The translations under genes were made by a program, and so were the position numbers. Below are positions 12,331 to 25,600 of a DNA stretch of 64,000 nucleotides, in pieces; positions within the stretch are counted from its first letter, which is position 1; the number at the start of each line of letters is the position of its first letter. The DNA comes from Somniosus microcephalus (Eukaryota), in contig CM126210.1 in the NCBI GenBank assembly GCA_052327205.1, positions 177,878,001 through 177,942,000 on the forward strand, in the 5' to 3' direction. Below the pieces are notes generated by a model that saw only the letters and a list, made by a program, of their open reading frames with translations, had not been told where the DNA came from and did no database searches.

Positions 12331-13549
12331 TAGTTCCAAGATTCAGTAAATACCACACAATATTCTTTTTTACCCTCCAAATCATTTGCTTTTTGCTGAA
12401 AAACAATCCATCACTTTCTTGGGTTTCCTAACACTACATTTTGCCACTATCTCCAAGGACAGTTTACGCCACACATTCACCAGCTTCTGTATCAGTCGTT
12501 AAAACTTAATGGTACATTCATCTTCCCTCTTCTGAGCTTGGGTCCATATCCCCATTAGAGTGATATCACACATATTATTCAAATTCTATATACTACTTAA
12601 AATCTTCAGTAGTTCAAAATGTTCCTTGAACCCTCCCCACGCAATGTAAATTCTCCCAGTTGCCCTCTGCTATGCAGTCAGGATCCTCTCCACTTTTTAA
12701 AAATTCATCTCAGGATGGGAGTGTCACATCCTGAAATGCAGCTGCATTTATTGCCCACCCCAGTTGCCTGAGAAGGTGGTGGTGGTGGGCCACCTACTAG
12801 ACCAATGCCTTGAGCTCATTTTCCAGATGGCATGGTACTGAGCCATACAAGCATGGAAGAACCCAGGTTAGATCTCCATTCTGTGCCATGTTGGCCAGAG
12901 AGCAGCAATGTGCTGAGGCAAAATAAAATTAGCTTATGGTTCCTGCTGCTGAACACTATCTAGTGGTTCCTGGAGTTTGACTAAAATACCAAAGGGCTGC
13001 AAATACTGACAGAACTGTACTCCAGCATTCAGGAGAATAAAGGTGAGGGCGAACAATGGAATGTGTACTGAAGCGCAGACGTCAAAGCAGGGGCCCAACC
13101 TCACCTTTGAACTTGTGGAGGCCACCAGAAAAACAACAGCCCCTCCTTTAAAGAGAATCTGAATGACAACTACAGCCCGGGAAAAAGAAAACCTTCAGTC
13201 AGGCATCAAAATGCAGCAAATAAGCACAACCCAAATAAACACAAATACAAATCTCCACTTATTTATGCTCCAATTAGGCAGTCAATGACTCAAGAGTCCC
13301 GTCATGCTCAGCATATAAAATGCATCAGTTTGAGTGCACAGCAACAATTATAGCACAACACACATACTGAGGGTGAGACAAGTGGCTGTGGGGAAGGTTG
13401 GTTATTTTTCTAATAGACTCGGCCAAATCAAAACAAACAGAAAGGAGAACGCAGATGCTTTTTTTTATAACTGTGAACGGTGGAAGTTGCGAGCGCCGGG
13501 CACACAGTCAATGGTGCTCTCTCCTGTCTGTGTCTGTGCCTATGCCTAC

Positions 13550-13770
13550 CTGTTTGTTTGTTTGTCTGTCTGTCTGTCTGTCTCACACTCTCTGCCTGCC
13601 GCCGCTCCCGGGAAATGAGAGCGAGGCTTCCCGCGCGCCTTCCACCCTCAACCTTCGCTCCGCCGACAAGGAGACGCCACCCAACCAAGAGAGTCCCGGC
13701 CCCCAGCACTCCGGCCGCAGCGCCATCTGCACGGGCTGCGGCGAACCGCTCCAAGCCGGGAGTCAAAGGC
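13550..13770 (-). promoter_or_regulatory. CpG-rich promoter and probable non-coding first exon of CASP8AP2
   Basis: Local CpG/GC-rich patch in an AT-rich background; minus-strand donor CAG|gtaggc at 13550/13549; (TGTC)n microsatellite at ~13550-13582. Confidence 0.55.
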
Positions 13771-13865
13771 TGTGTGCATTGTGGAAACAGCAAGATGTCT
13801 CAGCTAAAACAACAGAAAATGCTGGAAATACTCAGCAGGCTAGGCAGCATCCGTGGAGAGAGAAA

Positions 13866-13907
13866 CAGAGTTAACGTTTCAGGTCTGGGACCCTTCATCA
13901 GAACTGG
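13866..13907 (-). ncRNA. Minimal hammerhead ribozyme motif (PLE-associated)
   Basis: Exact reverse complement of 14492-14533. Confidence 0.7.
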
Positions 13908-14491
13908 AAAAAGCTGGAGATGTAACAGATATTAAGCAGGTGCAGAGACGGCGGTGGGGGGGAGGGGGGGTGTTAGGAGGGGAGGAAGGAATTGAAAGAA
14001 CACCCTGTACTTTTGTAAGAGGCAGGAAAGATAAAATGTTGCAAATGGGAATGGCAAAAATCATACTGCATGAAAAATGGGGGCAGGGATAATTATCTGA
14101 AATTGTTGAACTCAATGTTGAGTCCAGCAGGCTGCAAAGTGCCCAATCGAAAGATGAGGTGCTTTTCCTCGAGCTTACGTTGATCTCTCTGTCCTCGGGC
14201 TATTGCATTGTTCCAATGAAGCTCAACGTAAGCTCGAGGAACAGCACCTCATCTTTCGATTGGGCACTTTGCAGCCTGCCGGACTCAACATTGAGTTCAA
14301 CAATTTCAGATAATTATCCCTGCCCCCATTTTTCATGCAGTATGATTTTTGCCATTCCCATTTGCAACATTTTATCTTTCCTGCCTCTTACAAAAGTACA
14401 GGGTGTTCTTTCTATTTCTTCCTCCCCTCCTAACTGCCCCCCCCCCCCCATCTCTGCACCTGCTTAATACTTGTTACATCTCCAGCTTTTT

Positions 14492-14533
14492 CCAGTTCTG
14501 ATGAAGGGTCCCAGACCTGAAACGTTAACTCTG
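14492..14533 (+). ncRNA. Minimal type I hammerhead ribozyme motif (PLE-associated)
   Basis: ccAGTT-CTGATGA-a-GGGTC-cca-GACCT-GAAAC-GTT-AACT: conserved CUGAnGA and GAAA core, stem II, palindromic stem III (AACGTT), stem I AGTT/AACT. Confidence 0.7.
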
Positions 14534-14944
14534 TTTCTCTCTCCACGGATGTTGCCTGGCCTTTCCAGCATTTTCTGTTGTTATTTCAGATTTCCAGCAT
14601 CCGCAGTATTTTGCTATTATGATAGAATAGCTTACTAGTACTCACTGTCAAGGCTCGCTCATAAATACTGACTACATAGGTGAGATATTCGAGGTTGCCC
14701 AATACCCATGGAGCCGTACCTGATCAAGGAGTCGGAAGTTTTGGCAGTGGTGAAAATGAACAAAAATTATATTGCCAGAATATGAGCAAACAAGTTCTGA
14801 GTCTAAACCTTTTGTTGATGCATGGTCACTGCAGAGTTGGGAGACACAGCAACTCCCCTATTGTTTGGAAGTACAGTAGCCTGACTAGTGCCACCATACA
14901 GCAGGCATTTATCAGCACAACTCGGCTGGTCTGTACTTGCTGAG

Positions 14945-15070
14945 GAAACATAGAAGATAGGAGCAGGAGTAGGCCATTCGGCCCCTCGAGCCTGCTCCGC
15001 CATTCAATGCGATCATGGCTGATCATCCAAATTCAGTACCCTGTCCCTGCTTTCTCCCCATATCCCTTGT
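14945..15070 (-). mobile_element. Short CR1 3' tail fragment
   Basis: aacatagaagataggagcaggagtaggccattcggccc...gatcatggctgatc; similar copies at 26025-26165 and 63325-63460. Confidence 0.75.
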
Positions 15071-16374
15071 GAGGAATTTTGTGAGTGAAATTTATGACCA
15101 GCACCCCTGAGACAGATCACATACCCATTTAAAAGTGAGGAGCTGTGCTCTTTTTAAAGAGTAAAATACATCAGAATAGGCTAAAATGAGTGAGTCTCTC
15201 TTCAAATGAGTAAAAATATGGCAGAGTATCTGTAAATGAAGATTCTATGTGGAACATTTGCTTGTTCAAATTCATAAGCCTAGTCAACCTTTAATAATAG
15301 GTAAGATAGGTGATTGAAGAAAAGGGGAATAAGGGATATGGGCACAGGGGAATAGGCCTTTAAAGTAATACCTTTCAGGGTGACACTGAGTTGTTGCCCC
15401 AGTGTCACTAGATGGGAACAAAAATTGTTAAGGCAAATGCCCTAGGGCACCACAAACATGAACCAAACAATAATAACTATGTACAATACAGTGAAATGCA
15501 CAAATAATAATTAAATCTTAATGAGATTGTGGATATCAACTAATGGCTTTATACCCTGTGGCGCCAACTGGTCACAGAAGGCATCAAGCATACTTGTGGA
15601 CACACCATGCTCCCTCTCCAGGGACAATGCCACGGAAGAGAGGCAGGCAACCAAAGTGACCCCCTCCTCCCCTGTGCCACCACCCCCCTCCCCCCGCCGC
15701 CACCACCATCATATGCCCCGCTCATCCTAGACCGCTGCTTTAGCCAATGAGAAATTCCACCTGAATGGGGGTAAGATTGGGCAGGATCTCGCCACGCTCT
15801 CGAGCTCACAGGGCAATAGGATAAACAACAGTATGGACTTATTGGGACAGACTGTTTCTGTGTTGTAATTTCTATGTAATTCTAAAAAGGCATTCATTGC
15901 CTGCTTACTTCACAAAAAGACAGAGTGCCCCTCATAGCCACCTTCCACTTTGACCACTGATCTATGATCTTTCAGCTAAACAAGTTATGATTTACATTTT
16001 CCATGGTGTTAATAATTCATGTGGAAACACCTTCAAAAAAATTATAAAATAAAAAGACACTGTTTTATGCAAAAGTGAGGCAGGTTTCCATGTGGATGGT
16101 GTCACACCACGTATAATGTGAAGATGTTTTGATTGGAGTATTTGTATTTGGCAAACACATTGCAAAAATGTTCATTAAAGGCGTGTAAAATGCTATATGG
16201 GTAGCTTTTTAATGCTACACAATTGTAAATCTGAATTTGTTGCTTATTTAAAAAGAATGAAAATTTGTTTCAAGTTACTTTGCTTACTTACACGACTAAT
16301 TTTGTCAATCCATGCAACCGAGGCAGTAAAATGTTGATAAGCTGTTTTGGAGGAGGTATTCAGCTTTAAATGTG

Positions 16375-16528
16375 CAAGTGCCCCGGAAGTGCTCCTCTCA
16401 GTCTCTTCCACGTGTGGCTGTGTTGCAGCTAAAATTGTAACATGCTGCTGCCGGCTGTTTAACTTTCCTGCCATTTTATTCGCACAAATTGTCCTGCGAC
16501 CTCCTTTCCCCCGAGGGTCGCTGACAGC
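16375..16528 (+). promoter_or_regulatory. MDN1 proximal promoter / 5'UTR
   Basis: ETS site CCGGAAGTG 16383-16391, E-box CACGTG 16409-16414 and YY1-like GCCATTTT 16470-16477 just upstream of the ATG. Confidence 0.6.
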
Positions 16529-16624
16529 ATGGAGAACTTCGAGTTTCAGTTAGCGTCTCTTCCACTTATTGCCAAGTTAAACGAGAAGAGCCGCAACGAG
16601 CTGAACAAGTACTTGGCCAAGCAG
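16529..16624 (+). CDS. MDN1: MDN1 coding exon 1
   Basis: ATG in context cagcATGG; [32 protein letters not shown]; donor CAG|gtgagt. Confidence 0.93.
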
Positions 16625-19600
16625 GTGAGTGTTTGAGAGCTTGGCCCAAGCGGGGTGTGGGTCGTGTATCCCCACAGCTTCTTCCAACCTGGCGCAGATT
16701 TTGCATTTGGTTGTCCACTGACTCGGTAGAGTTTATTGTTTAGATAGACAATGTTGTAATTGTAGATTGCACCTGATTTAATTGAGACAAATGATTTGCA
16801 AACTGGCGTGAAAACACTGCTGTGGTTGTACAGTTAATGCATTTTGTTCAGGTAATGCCCGCTACTACAGGAGGGATGTCCGGTTTGTCACCCAGAGATT
16901 GGATAACGTCCAGTATTTTTTTTAACATTAAACCTGAGGTGTTGCTCCCGGAGTCAGGAGTCACAGTTTTATGGTGGATTATATGTTATGTTGGGGGTGG
17001 TAACTGACCGAATAAGTTACATTCCATTTTTATTATGTAGGATTTTTACTGGTGCTTGAATTTCACGAGGCATCATTATTCTGTGAAACTTATATGAATG
17101 TGTAGCTTTTATTCCTTTTACCTATGTATTTAATAGCTTTTAAAATAGTAAGGGTTGTGAATGCACAGTAAGGTGGTATGAAATTGTATCAGTTGTAGGT
17201 GGATATCTGGCACTTAGCAGTACCGGGGAGTGGGGTTTGTCTGCACTGGAGGAGAGCAGCTCTCTACTGTTGTAGACGGCCCTGGAGTTTGTCCCACGGC
17301 AGGGCTTTGGAAGAATGTCGAGGGGAATGGGGGAGGTTCTTTGGTTTGGCTTTACTGTGGCAAGGGAATGGGGTTTGGCAGATAAGTGGGGGCTGGAACA
17401 TGGGGTTTGGACCACTGATGAATTCTTGGTGTCTGTCAGTATGGAGGGCGGGGATAGAACAAACAACTTCCGACATTGAATTTGATTTTCTTTTTGTTGA
17501 TTCCTTTGGGGGCCGGGGGTTGGCCGGGGGGGGGGTGCGGGCCGGGGGCGGCCGGGCCGGAGGGTGGGGTGTTTGAATGGTAGTTGGTTCGGTGTTGTGA
17601 CAACAGGGATTTGAAAGGACATTAAAGGCAGCAGCTCTAGTTGATAAGGCCATTTTATTTTTAAAAACTAATAGAATTTGGGGTTTTATCACATAAGGCA
17701 TAGAATATATAAAGGTTACGGTAAAGATGAGCCTATATAAAACCTTAAGACCTTAAAGTAGGCTGTAGAGGGTCCGAAGCAGATTCACTAGGCTGCTGCC
17801 TTGTATGAGGAAATACAAATTCTTTTATGTCAAATATGAAGACAGACTTGGACAAATTGAGGCTTTTTTGTTAGAACAATGCAGATTACAGGGCAATATA
17901 ATAGAATTGTTTAAAATTATGACAGGATAAATAGAAGCAATAGTTGGGGGTTCAAAAATGAAGGGCTGTAGATGCAAGAGTAAATGTAAGATTTAGAACA
18001 GAGGGCAGGAGAAACTTATTCAGAGTTGAGGCTGTAGCATTCACTTCCAGGGTTGGTAGTTGAGGCAGAAAATATGTTGACATTCAAGATTAGATTGAAT
18101 AGATGGAAGATGGGATCTGGGAGCAGGTTGGGTAAATGTGATCAGAACCGAAGGGTCCCAGACCTGAAACGTTAACTCTGTTTCTCTCTCCATGGATGCT
18201 GCCTGGCCTGCTGAGTATTTCCAGCATGTTCTGTTGTTGCTGACATGGACTGGTTGGGTCGACTGGCCTGTTTACGTGTTGTAACTTCTGTGTATCCTTG
18301 CCCACAGTATACACTCTGTGTCTCAACCGTTGGAATGTAAATATTCCCACATTCTAATTACCATGAACAAAAACTCATTCTCTCTCTGCCTCTCCGCAAA
18401 ATATTGGCCTGGATTTTTCGGTTGTAATGACGGCGAAACTGTCAGTGTTCGCCATCATTACTGTGTACAACTGACAGTGACTTCTGGCATCCACACATGC
18501 GCAGTTAAATGTGGAAATCTAGAAGTTGTTGTCAGTGATTCCCAGCTCCTCCACAGGACGCGTTGTTGACGACCTCGCAGCTGACGCGAGCTTCTCCTTT
18601 TTACGCTGTAATATCGCTGTTAAATCCCCCCCCCCCCAAAAAGTTAAGCCTTGTTCGGTTAGGTGTAACTGGCCCTGAAAAACTAATTTTATATTTGTCA
18701 AATTTTTCCATTATGATAATTCCATAGGTTTTTGATATAATAATTATTATTTAAAAAAAAAAATTGATACTTCAGCTTCTAACTTAATCCCATGTGTATA
18801 TCCCAATCTTTAGTTCGTTCTCTGTAAAAAAAAAAAAAAAAAAAAAAAAATTATAAAAAGTGAAGGATAATCTGTGCATTTTACTTCCCGGTTTCACAGA
18901 AACCCCACAGTGCAGATAGAGGCCATTTCGGCCCATGGAGCCTGCACCGACACATATCCCACCCGATTCCCCATAACCCCTACACCAACACATATCCCAC
19001 CCTATCCCCGTAACCCCACGTATTTAATCCCCCTAACACTAAGGGTCAATTTATCATAGCCAATCAACCTATCCCGCACATTTTTGGACTGTGGGAAGAA
19101 ACCGGAGCACCCGGAGAAAACCCACGCAAACACGGGGAGAATGTGCAAACTCCACACAGACAGTCACCCGAGGTCGGATTCGAACCCGGGTCCTTGGCGC
19201 TGTGAGGCAACAGTGCTAACCACTATGCCACCGTGCTGCCACGGTTTGCTGTCTGAGAATTCTTCAATGTGCTTGGCCAGCTTGATGAAGTCACTGTTGC
19301 TGAACACTGGAAACCGCCCAGACTTGGCGCCAGAATCAAATTAACGTTGGGAAAGGTGAAATCTCAGCCACAGAGATTGCTAGATCTTTGTGTGAAGCTT
19401 TCTTTGAGGTCAGCGGCGAGTGCCGTCACTTAGCTGCTGATCGCAAAATCCAGGCCACTGTTAGAGATATTTAAATCTGTATTGTGTGTGATTGATTACG
19501 TTTCTCTCTCCCCCTCTCATCTATTCAGATTTGGAACGAGCAGGATCGCCAGTGTATCCTTAATGTCTTAGCCCAGCTACTGTTGGATAAAGAATGCACA

Positions 19601-22600
19601 CTGCTGATTGGACGTCATCTCAGGCCTTTGCTGTTGGATCTTCTTGAACGCAATGTGCAGGCGATTAAAGGAGCCGTATTCAACCATGATCTACATGAGA
19701 GACTGTGTGTGGCAATGAGCAAGCTTATTGATATCAGCCCTGATGTCATTTCGTAAGTCATTCCTCTTGTAATTCTGGAGATTGTAGAATCTAGCTGCTT
19801 GAGTGCTGTTGTATAGAACTAGATCATGTATTGACTTATGCAAATAGCTGCATTGTAGTAAATAAAATTACCCCTGGCTTAATTAACAATTTTTTCTTCT
19901 CCCTAATTTTCCATCTTTCCCGATGGTGAAGGGTGATTCCATGGGTCTTTGCTGCCCTATGGTGCAACACCATTCTTCATTTGTGTGCCCACAGTGAGTG
20001 TCTTGGCAGGCTGTTCAACATAAAGGCCTTTGTTGCTGAGGCCCATCCTGTCCTTGGTCTAATTGGAGTCGTCGGCACAATCTGCAATGGGATCCATGTC
20101 TGTTTCTTTCGTAACCCCTGCCTTCCCAGTACTTTGTACCCTGAGACCCAACTGTATACTAATAGTCAAGCATATACAAGCCCAATACTTAGCAGACACT
20201 CACTTTTCATCTCTGGCCATTTATTGTCATGTAATAATTTTATAGTAAGCAAAGCCTCGATTTCAAATTTTTTATCCTTGTTTTAAAATCCCTCCATGGC
20301 CTCGCCCCTCCTTATCTCTGTAATCTCCTTCAGCCCCACAACACCCCCCCCCCCCCCCCCGAGATAATCTGTGCTCCTCTAATTCTGCCCTCTTGAGCAT
20401 CCCTGATTATAATCGCTCAACCATTGGTGGCCGTGCCTTCTGTTGCCTAGGCCCTAAGCTCTGGAATTCCCTCCCTAAACCTCTCCACCTCTCTTTTCTC
20501 TTTTTAAGATGTTCCTTAAAACCTACCTGTTTGACCAAGCTTTTGGTCACTTGCCCTAATTTCTCCTCGTGTGGCTCGGTGTCAAATTTTTTGTCTTAAC
20601 ACTCCCGTGAAGCGCCTTGGGATGTTTTACTACGTTAAAGGTGCTATATAATTACAAGTTGTTGTTGTTGTTTTCGAATTGATGAAAATGTCCGCCTGTG
20701 CATCAGAATGAGATGATTGCTAGCTGTCAGTAAGGAAGAACAAACAAGTGTGAAGTGTTCTTGTACCCATTCTGATCGGGTTTTTAATGATTCATTCTTG
20801 GGATAAGACCAGGCCAGCATTTATTGCCATCCCTAATTGCCCTTGAGAAGGTGGTGGTGAGCTGCCTTCTTGAACCGCTGCAGTACGTGTGGTGAAGGTA
20901 CGTACTCCCACAGTGCTGTTAAGGAAGGAGTTCCAGGATTTGACCCAGCGACGATGAAGCAATGGCGATATACTCCTACGTCAGGATGGTGTGTGACTTG
21001 GAGGTGGTGGTGTTCCCATGCGCCTGCTGCTCTTGTCCTTCTAGAGGTACTGTTCTTGTATGTGCTGTTTAGAGATATTCAGGGAATGCAGGGGAATTAT
21101 TTGTGTGTAATAACACATTAATACATTTTAATTTGTAACTTCTGTAACTTGATTGTCTCCTGAAGGTTTGCACTGAGATACTTTAAGGATTCTCCACCAG
21201 TATTTCAGAGGCTGTTTTTGGAGAGTTCAGATTCCAATACAGTCCGATATGGTCGGAAACGCATGAAACTCCGAGACCTCATGAGTGCAGCATGCAGACT
21301 CCTGAAGGAAAACTGGATAATGTTCAGTGAATTGTGGGATTGGAGTGTATGCATTCCATTGTTGAGAAGCCATGATACCTTGGTCCGCTGGTATGTATAA
21401 GACTCCATAACCGATAACCACAGGTATTCAACCTGTTGGGGTGTTAATTAAAATCAAGCATTTTGAGTACTGAAATTTTATTGAATAAGCCAGTTATGCA
21501 AAAATGCCCTTGACGTGTATAATTTAATTTTTTTTTGCTAACTTTCATTAATACTTGCTCTTTCCCATTTATGCCTTTTATAGCATTTAACATTTCAGTC
21601 GGTGTATTGAAAATATGGTTAAATGATCATCCAGTTCGCAGTGAGCTATTCAAATAATCGGAAATTAAGGCATTTGAAAAATTGCAGTTGCTTTGCCGCA
21701 CTATAAAGAGTGTGTGAGGGCAAAAGAAGTTTGTGGGAGCAGGTTGGTGCAGGCAGCCAGTGTTTCACTGATTCCTCGTGCAATGAGCGCATTATCTCGG
21801 CTACATGGTTAGAGGAGGCTTTAAAAGGAGGCCAAATGTTTCCCTATAGGGAGGGTGGAAATACCAGACCAGTTATCCTGAGTTCATCAGCCTAAACATC
21901 TGGTATCTGGTTACAGACTGCACTGGGAGATGCGTCGGTAGCTTTCTGCTGTTGTGGCGCAATAGAGAACCATAGAAGAGGAGAAAATATAAAATCACTT
22001 GCCTTGGGAGGATTTGCTGTTGTAGTTCACATAATGGTCTTTCACTTCTGTGATTTGGGTTTAAATTTAAACCAGAGTGATGGGATGAATGTCTGCTGGC
22101 TGAGTTCTTTATGTAATGACTCTCGTCAGTGTAGATAATGGTCCCACAGTGCAAAATTTGCCCCGCCTCTTTCTCTTCTCTCCCGCCCCATCCCCAGTTT
22201 CTGACTTCAGCACCAAATTGGCAATCTCACTCGGGCCCAGCCTGGTCTGGGAAATGGAAAATTGTCAAACTAGTGCAGCTGTGCGTACTCTTTGACACTG
22301 GTGTGTCCGAACACTAAGGTGTCTCACCTAGAGTACAACATCTACTCCAAAAAACACAAGTAATCACTTGATTGTGAAAAAAGAACTACAAGCAGAGAGC
22401 TGTCCAATACGAGAGAGACACAGATGCCCTTCTTTCTTGCCCTTAACATTTAAACGCAGAAATAAATATTTCTGGGTGCTGTGACAAAATATGTTTTATT
22501 TAATAAAATAACAGTATCACTCCAAATAACTTGTTGAAATTACTTACTACTTCTTGCAATCCCCTCTGTTTGATACATTGTAGCCTCCAATATAACATTC

Positions 22601-25600
22601 TGTGTAGCTCCCTCATTAATGAAAACTATCCTACACTTTACATTTCCAAATGGGGTTTACTGCAGAAACAAAAGTGGGAAACATCCCTTATGTCTGCAAA
22701 ACTATATTGTCTGCCCATTTGGCAGGGAACTTGAGCCCTGGCTGGTCTGTAGGGCTTAATACCATAAAGCCTGCTGGAGTCTTGTGTGTGCATATAACCA
22801 TGTTTTTCTTTCAGGTACACGGCTAGCTGTCTTGCAGTTGTAACAAACATGAGTGATGAACAGAAGAACCATTTCTTCAAGAAGATTCTCACTACAGAAG
22901 AAGTGACAAATTTTAGACTCCAGTAAGTTTGTCGTACCAAGGTTAAATCAACTAAAATAAAGGAAACTTGCTCCAACTGCTAGATTGCATTTAAATCTTT
23001 CAAGTGAATTTTTTTGTGAATTGGTGAATGATTTCAGATTCTTAAGACATTTGTAAATTTTTGGAGGACTGTTGGCTTAAAAGCTTAATTTTTTTTGGAA
23101 CCAGTTTGAGGTTTTTGTATTTCTTGTGTTTAGTTTCTGTTACCATGTTAAATTATGAATGTTACTTGCAACTTTAATTGTGTGCTGGTCAATGATAGGT
23201 TTTATATAACACAATACAGCGAGATTCACAAATGAAATTGGGTCTCGGGCATTGAAGAGCCAACTAGGGACTTGATGGCAAGTGTATGTGTGTAATGCAG
23301 ACACATGTAACCTGTACATGTGCTTGCAAAAAAAAAAAAAAAAGTCCTCCCTGAAAAGTAGATCAGATTTTACACTAATTTTATGAAACTTTTTTCAACA
23401 TGGGCAAGTTTTAAAACTCTGTATAAAAGATGTTGGAAGTAGAAAATGTCATTTAACCTGTAAGAGTTTTTTGAAAATGAGCTATTTGAATAATTACTTA
23501 CAGATTTCTTTTGCCAATTAACTTGACAAGTAATAGATTCTTCTTTCCTCTGGGGAAAAGTAACTCTGCTGAGTTATTTTTACACCAGTCCATGTGATTT
23601 TTTTTGGATTTGAGCATACACTTGCCAACTTAATTACGTTTAACAAAAGCCAAACTTTTGTCATTTGACTTGTGCCCAAATTATACTGTACCAAACAGTG
23701 ACAGTGGTGCTAGCTGGTACTTGTTTGGTACGGCCTGCTTGCATTAGTGAGTGCAGGACGTTTGATATTGGCATGTGCACTCAAATGCACAGAACTCTGC
23801 TTTTGATCTTGGTGACAATCTTAATGATTCTTGATTGGCCACTCCATCATTCGGAATTGGTAATGCAGCAGGTCATCGGAGTTTACATTTTTTTTATTGG
23901 GTAAGCGCGATACTGTTGCCAAACAATTTTAGTTACTGCAAGATCAGCCACATGTTACTATACTTAATGTTTTACAATACACCAAAATCATACTGGGAAG
24001 GAAGAAAGAAAGACTTGCATTTATATAGCACCTTTCATGACCACCGGATGTCTCAAAGCGCTTTACAGCCAATGGAGTACTTTTGTGAGTGTAGTCACTG
24101 TTGGAATGGTAGGCTGGAACAATAGTCTATCACGGGACTATTGTGAATAAAACTTGTGATCTTAATAATTGGGACTTTCTGATTTTTAACTAGACTTAAG
24201 TACCAAGTAGCTTCTCTGTCATCGTATACTGGAACAGCATAATTGAGTCTGGTGGTAATTCTCTCTGTGATTCGTGGTTAATTTGTGCTTTGTCAGCACA
24301 CAATATCAAGTTAAAAATGATGCAGAAGCAGTAGAGACCAAAAGGTGGTAGAGGGGTGTATGCATATACATTTGGCTCTTCCATTTGCAGTGACTTTTTT
24401 TTTTGAAAAGTGAAAGGGAGCTTTGTTTATGTTTCTGCCTTGTCATTTTATGTCCTTGATTAACATCCCTGCTGATGATGTGAAACTTAAATTTCTGTGC
24501 TCTGCAGGTTTTATTTTTAAAATAAAACACATGTATATTTTGCTTCACAGGTTGTTGGAAGGTGACCTATTGCTGAATGTGGAGAAGGCCTTGGTTCTGG
24601 CAAATCCTAAGACAGCTCTGTGTCAGAAAGAGAAACAACTAAAATATACACAAGGACACATAGTGTCTGGAGATCTGTCTGAGAATGTTGTTGCTGTATG
24701 TGGAGTAGTGTTACCACGGAAACAACTCATCCATCAGGACCAGGTTGAATGTTCATTGAGATACATTTATCATTTTAGAATTGTACTTTTTTAAAAAATC
24801 AGGGTTTTGAGATCTTTATACTGAGGCCAATTCGTTCTAATCAACGAGTAACATCATGGGAGATGCATTGCATTAGTCTTCACTGATTCAAAATGTTGCT
24901 GATGTAGAAAACGTTAAGAAAGTTGACATAAATTTTGATGTCAACCCTGAAGCCATTATAAGTGTGTATTTAGATATTATTTGGTAGCTTTGTAGATAAA
25001 TACATAGCCCATTCTGGTACTGAGTCACACAGACTAGCAAGATCCAAGGTTAAGTCCTTTTGCCTATGTTAAGTTAGGTCAGCTCAATATTAGCGCTCTC
25101 TTCAATCTTCTGATGGTGACTCCTTTTTAGAGTATGGTTCCACAGGGAAAATCACGTTCTGGTACCCTGCTGGAAGTGGCAGTATTTGTGTGTGCCTCGG
25201 GAGGTTATTAAAGCACCGGAGATGTTGCAACTGATCCCAGTCCTGTTCTCATCTAACATCCTTGTACATGCACTTTCCAGCAGACGTCATAAAACAATTT
25301 TACTTCACATAAAAATAAGGCAATCTGACCCAATCTCTGAAGTGTTTATCCACTTGGTCCTATTACCATAGAACCTTCTCGATGCTCCTAGCATTTGTGT
25401 GCATTATTTTAAGACACTTGCCTGCACTCTTCCTGAGCTCTCGTAGGTTCATGGTTTTCTAGGACAGAAGGAGGCCATTTAATCCAACGCTCCTGTGCCC
25501 GTTCTCTGGAACAGAAAGCTATTTAATCCCTTTTAAAATGTTTCTTTCAAATATTAATCCACTTTCTAAGCTATTATGGATTCTGCTTCCACCACTGTTT

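Larger units (their letters stand above)
13808..14620. mobile_element. Penelope-like element 3' end as a fold-back: antisense copy 13808-14183 joined to sense copy 14184-14620
   Basis: Arms are reverse complements. Sense arm encodes the GIY-YIG C-terminus [28 protein letters not shown] and is near-identical to 52140-52508. Confidence 0.88.

Noticed and set aside
13334-13935. Overlapping 94-158 aa ORFs in the GC-rich patch
   Set aside because: Explained by GC content, a microsatellite and antisense PLE sequence; no recognisable protein.
6314-16540. The CASP8AP2 uORF (ATGGAGAATTTC) and the MDN1 start (ATGGAGAACTTC) both encode MENF
   Set aside because: Only 11 of 12 nt match, with no flanking similarity; treated as coincidence.
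17140-17701. Pro-rich ORFs of 125-160 aa
   Set aside because: Products of G/C runs in intron 1; no domain similarity or splice support.
19165-19240. tRNA-like A/B boxes (also 27510-27584)
   Set aside because: These are SINE heads continuous with SINE bodies, not tRNA genes.
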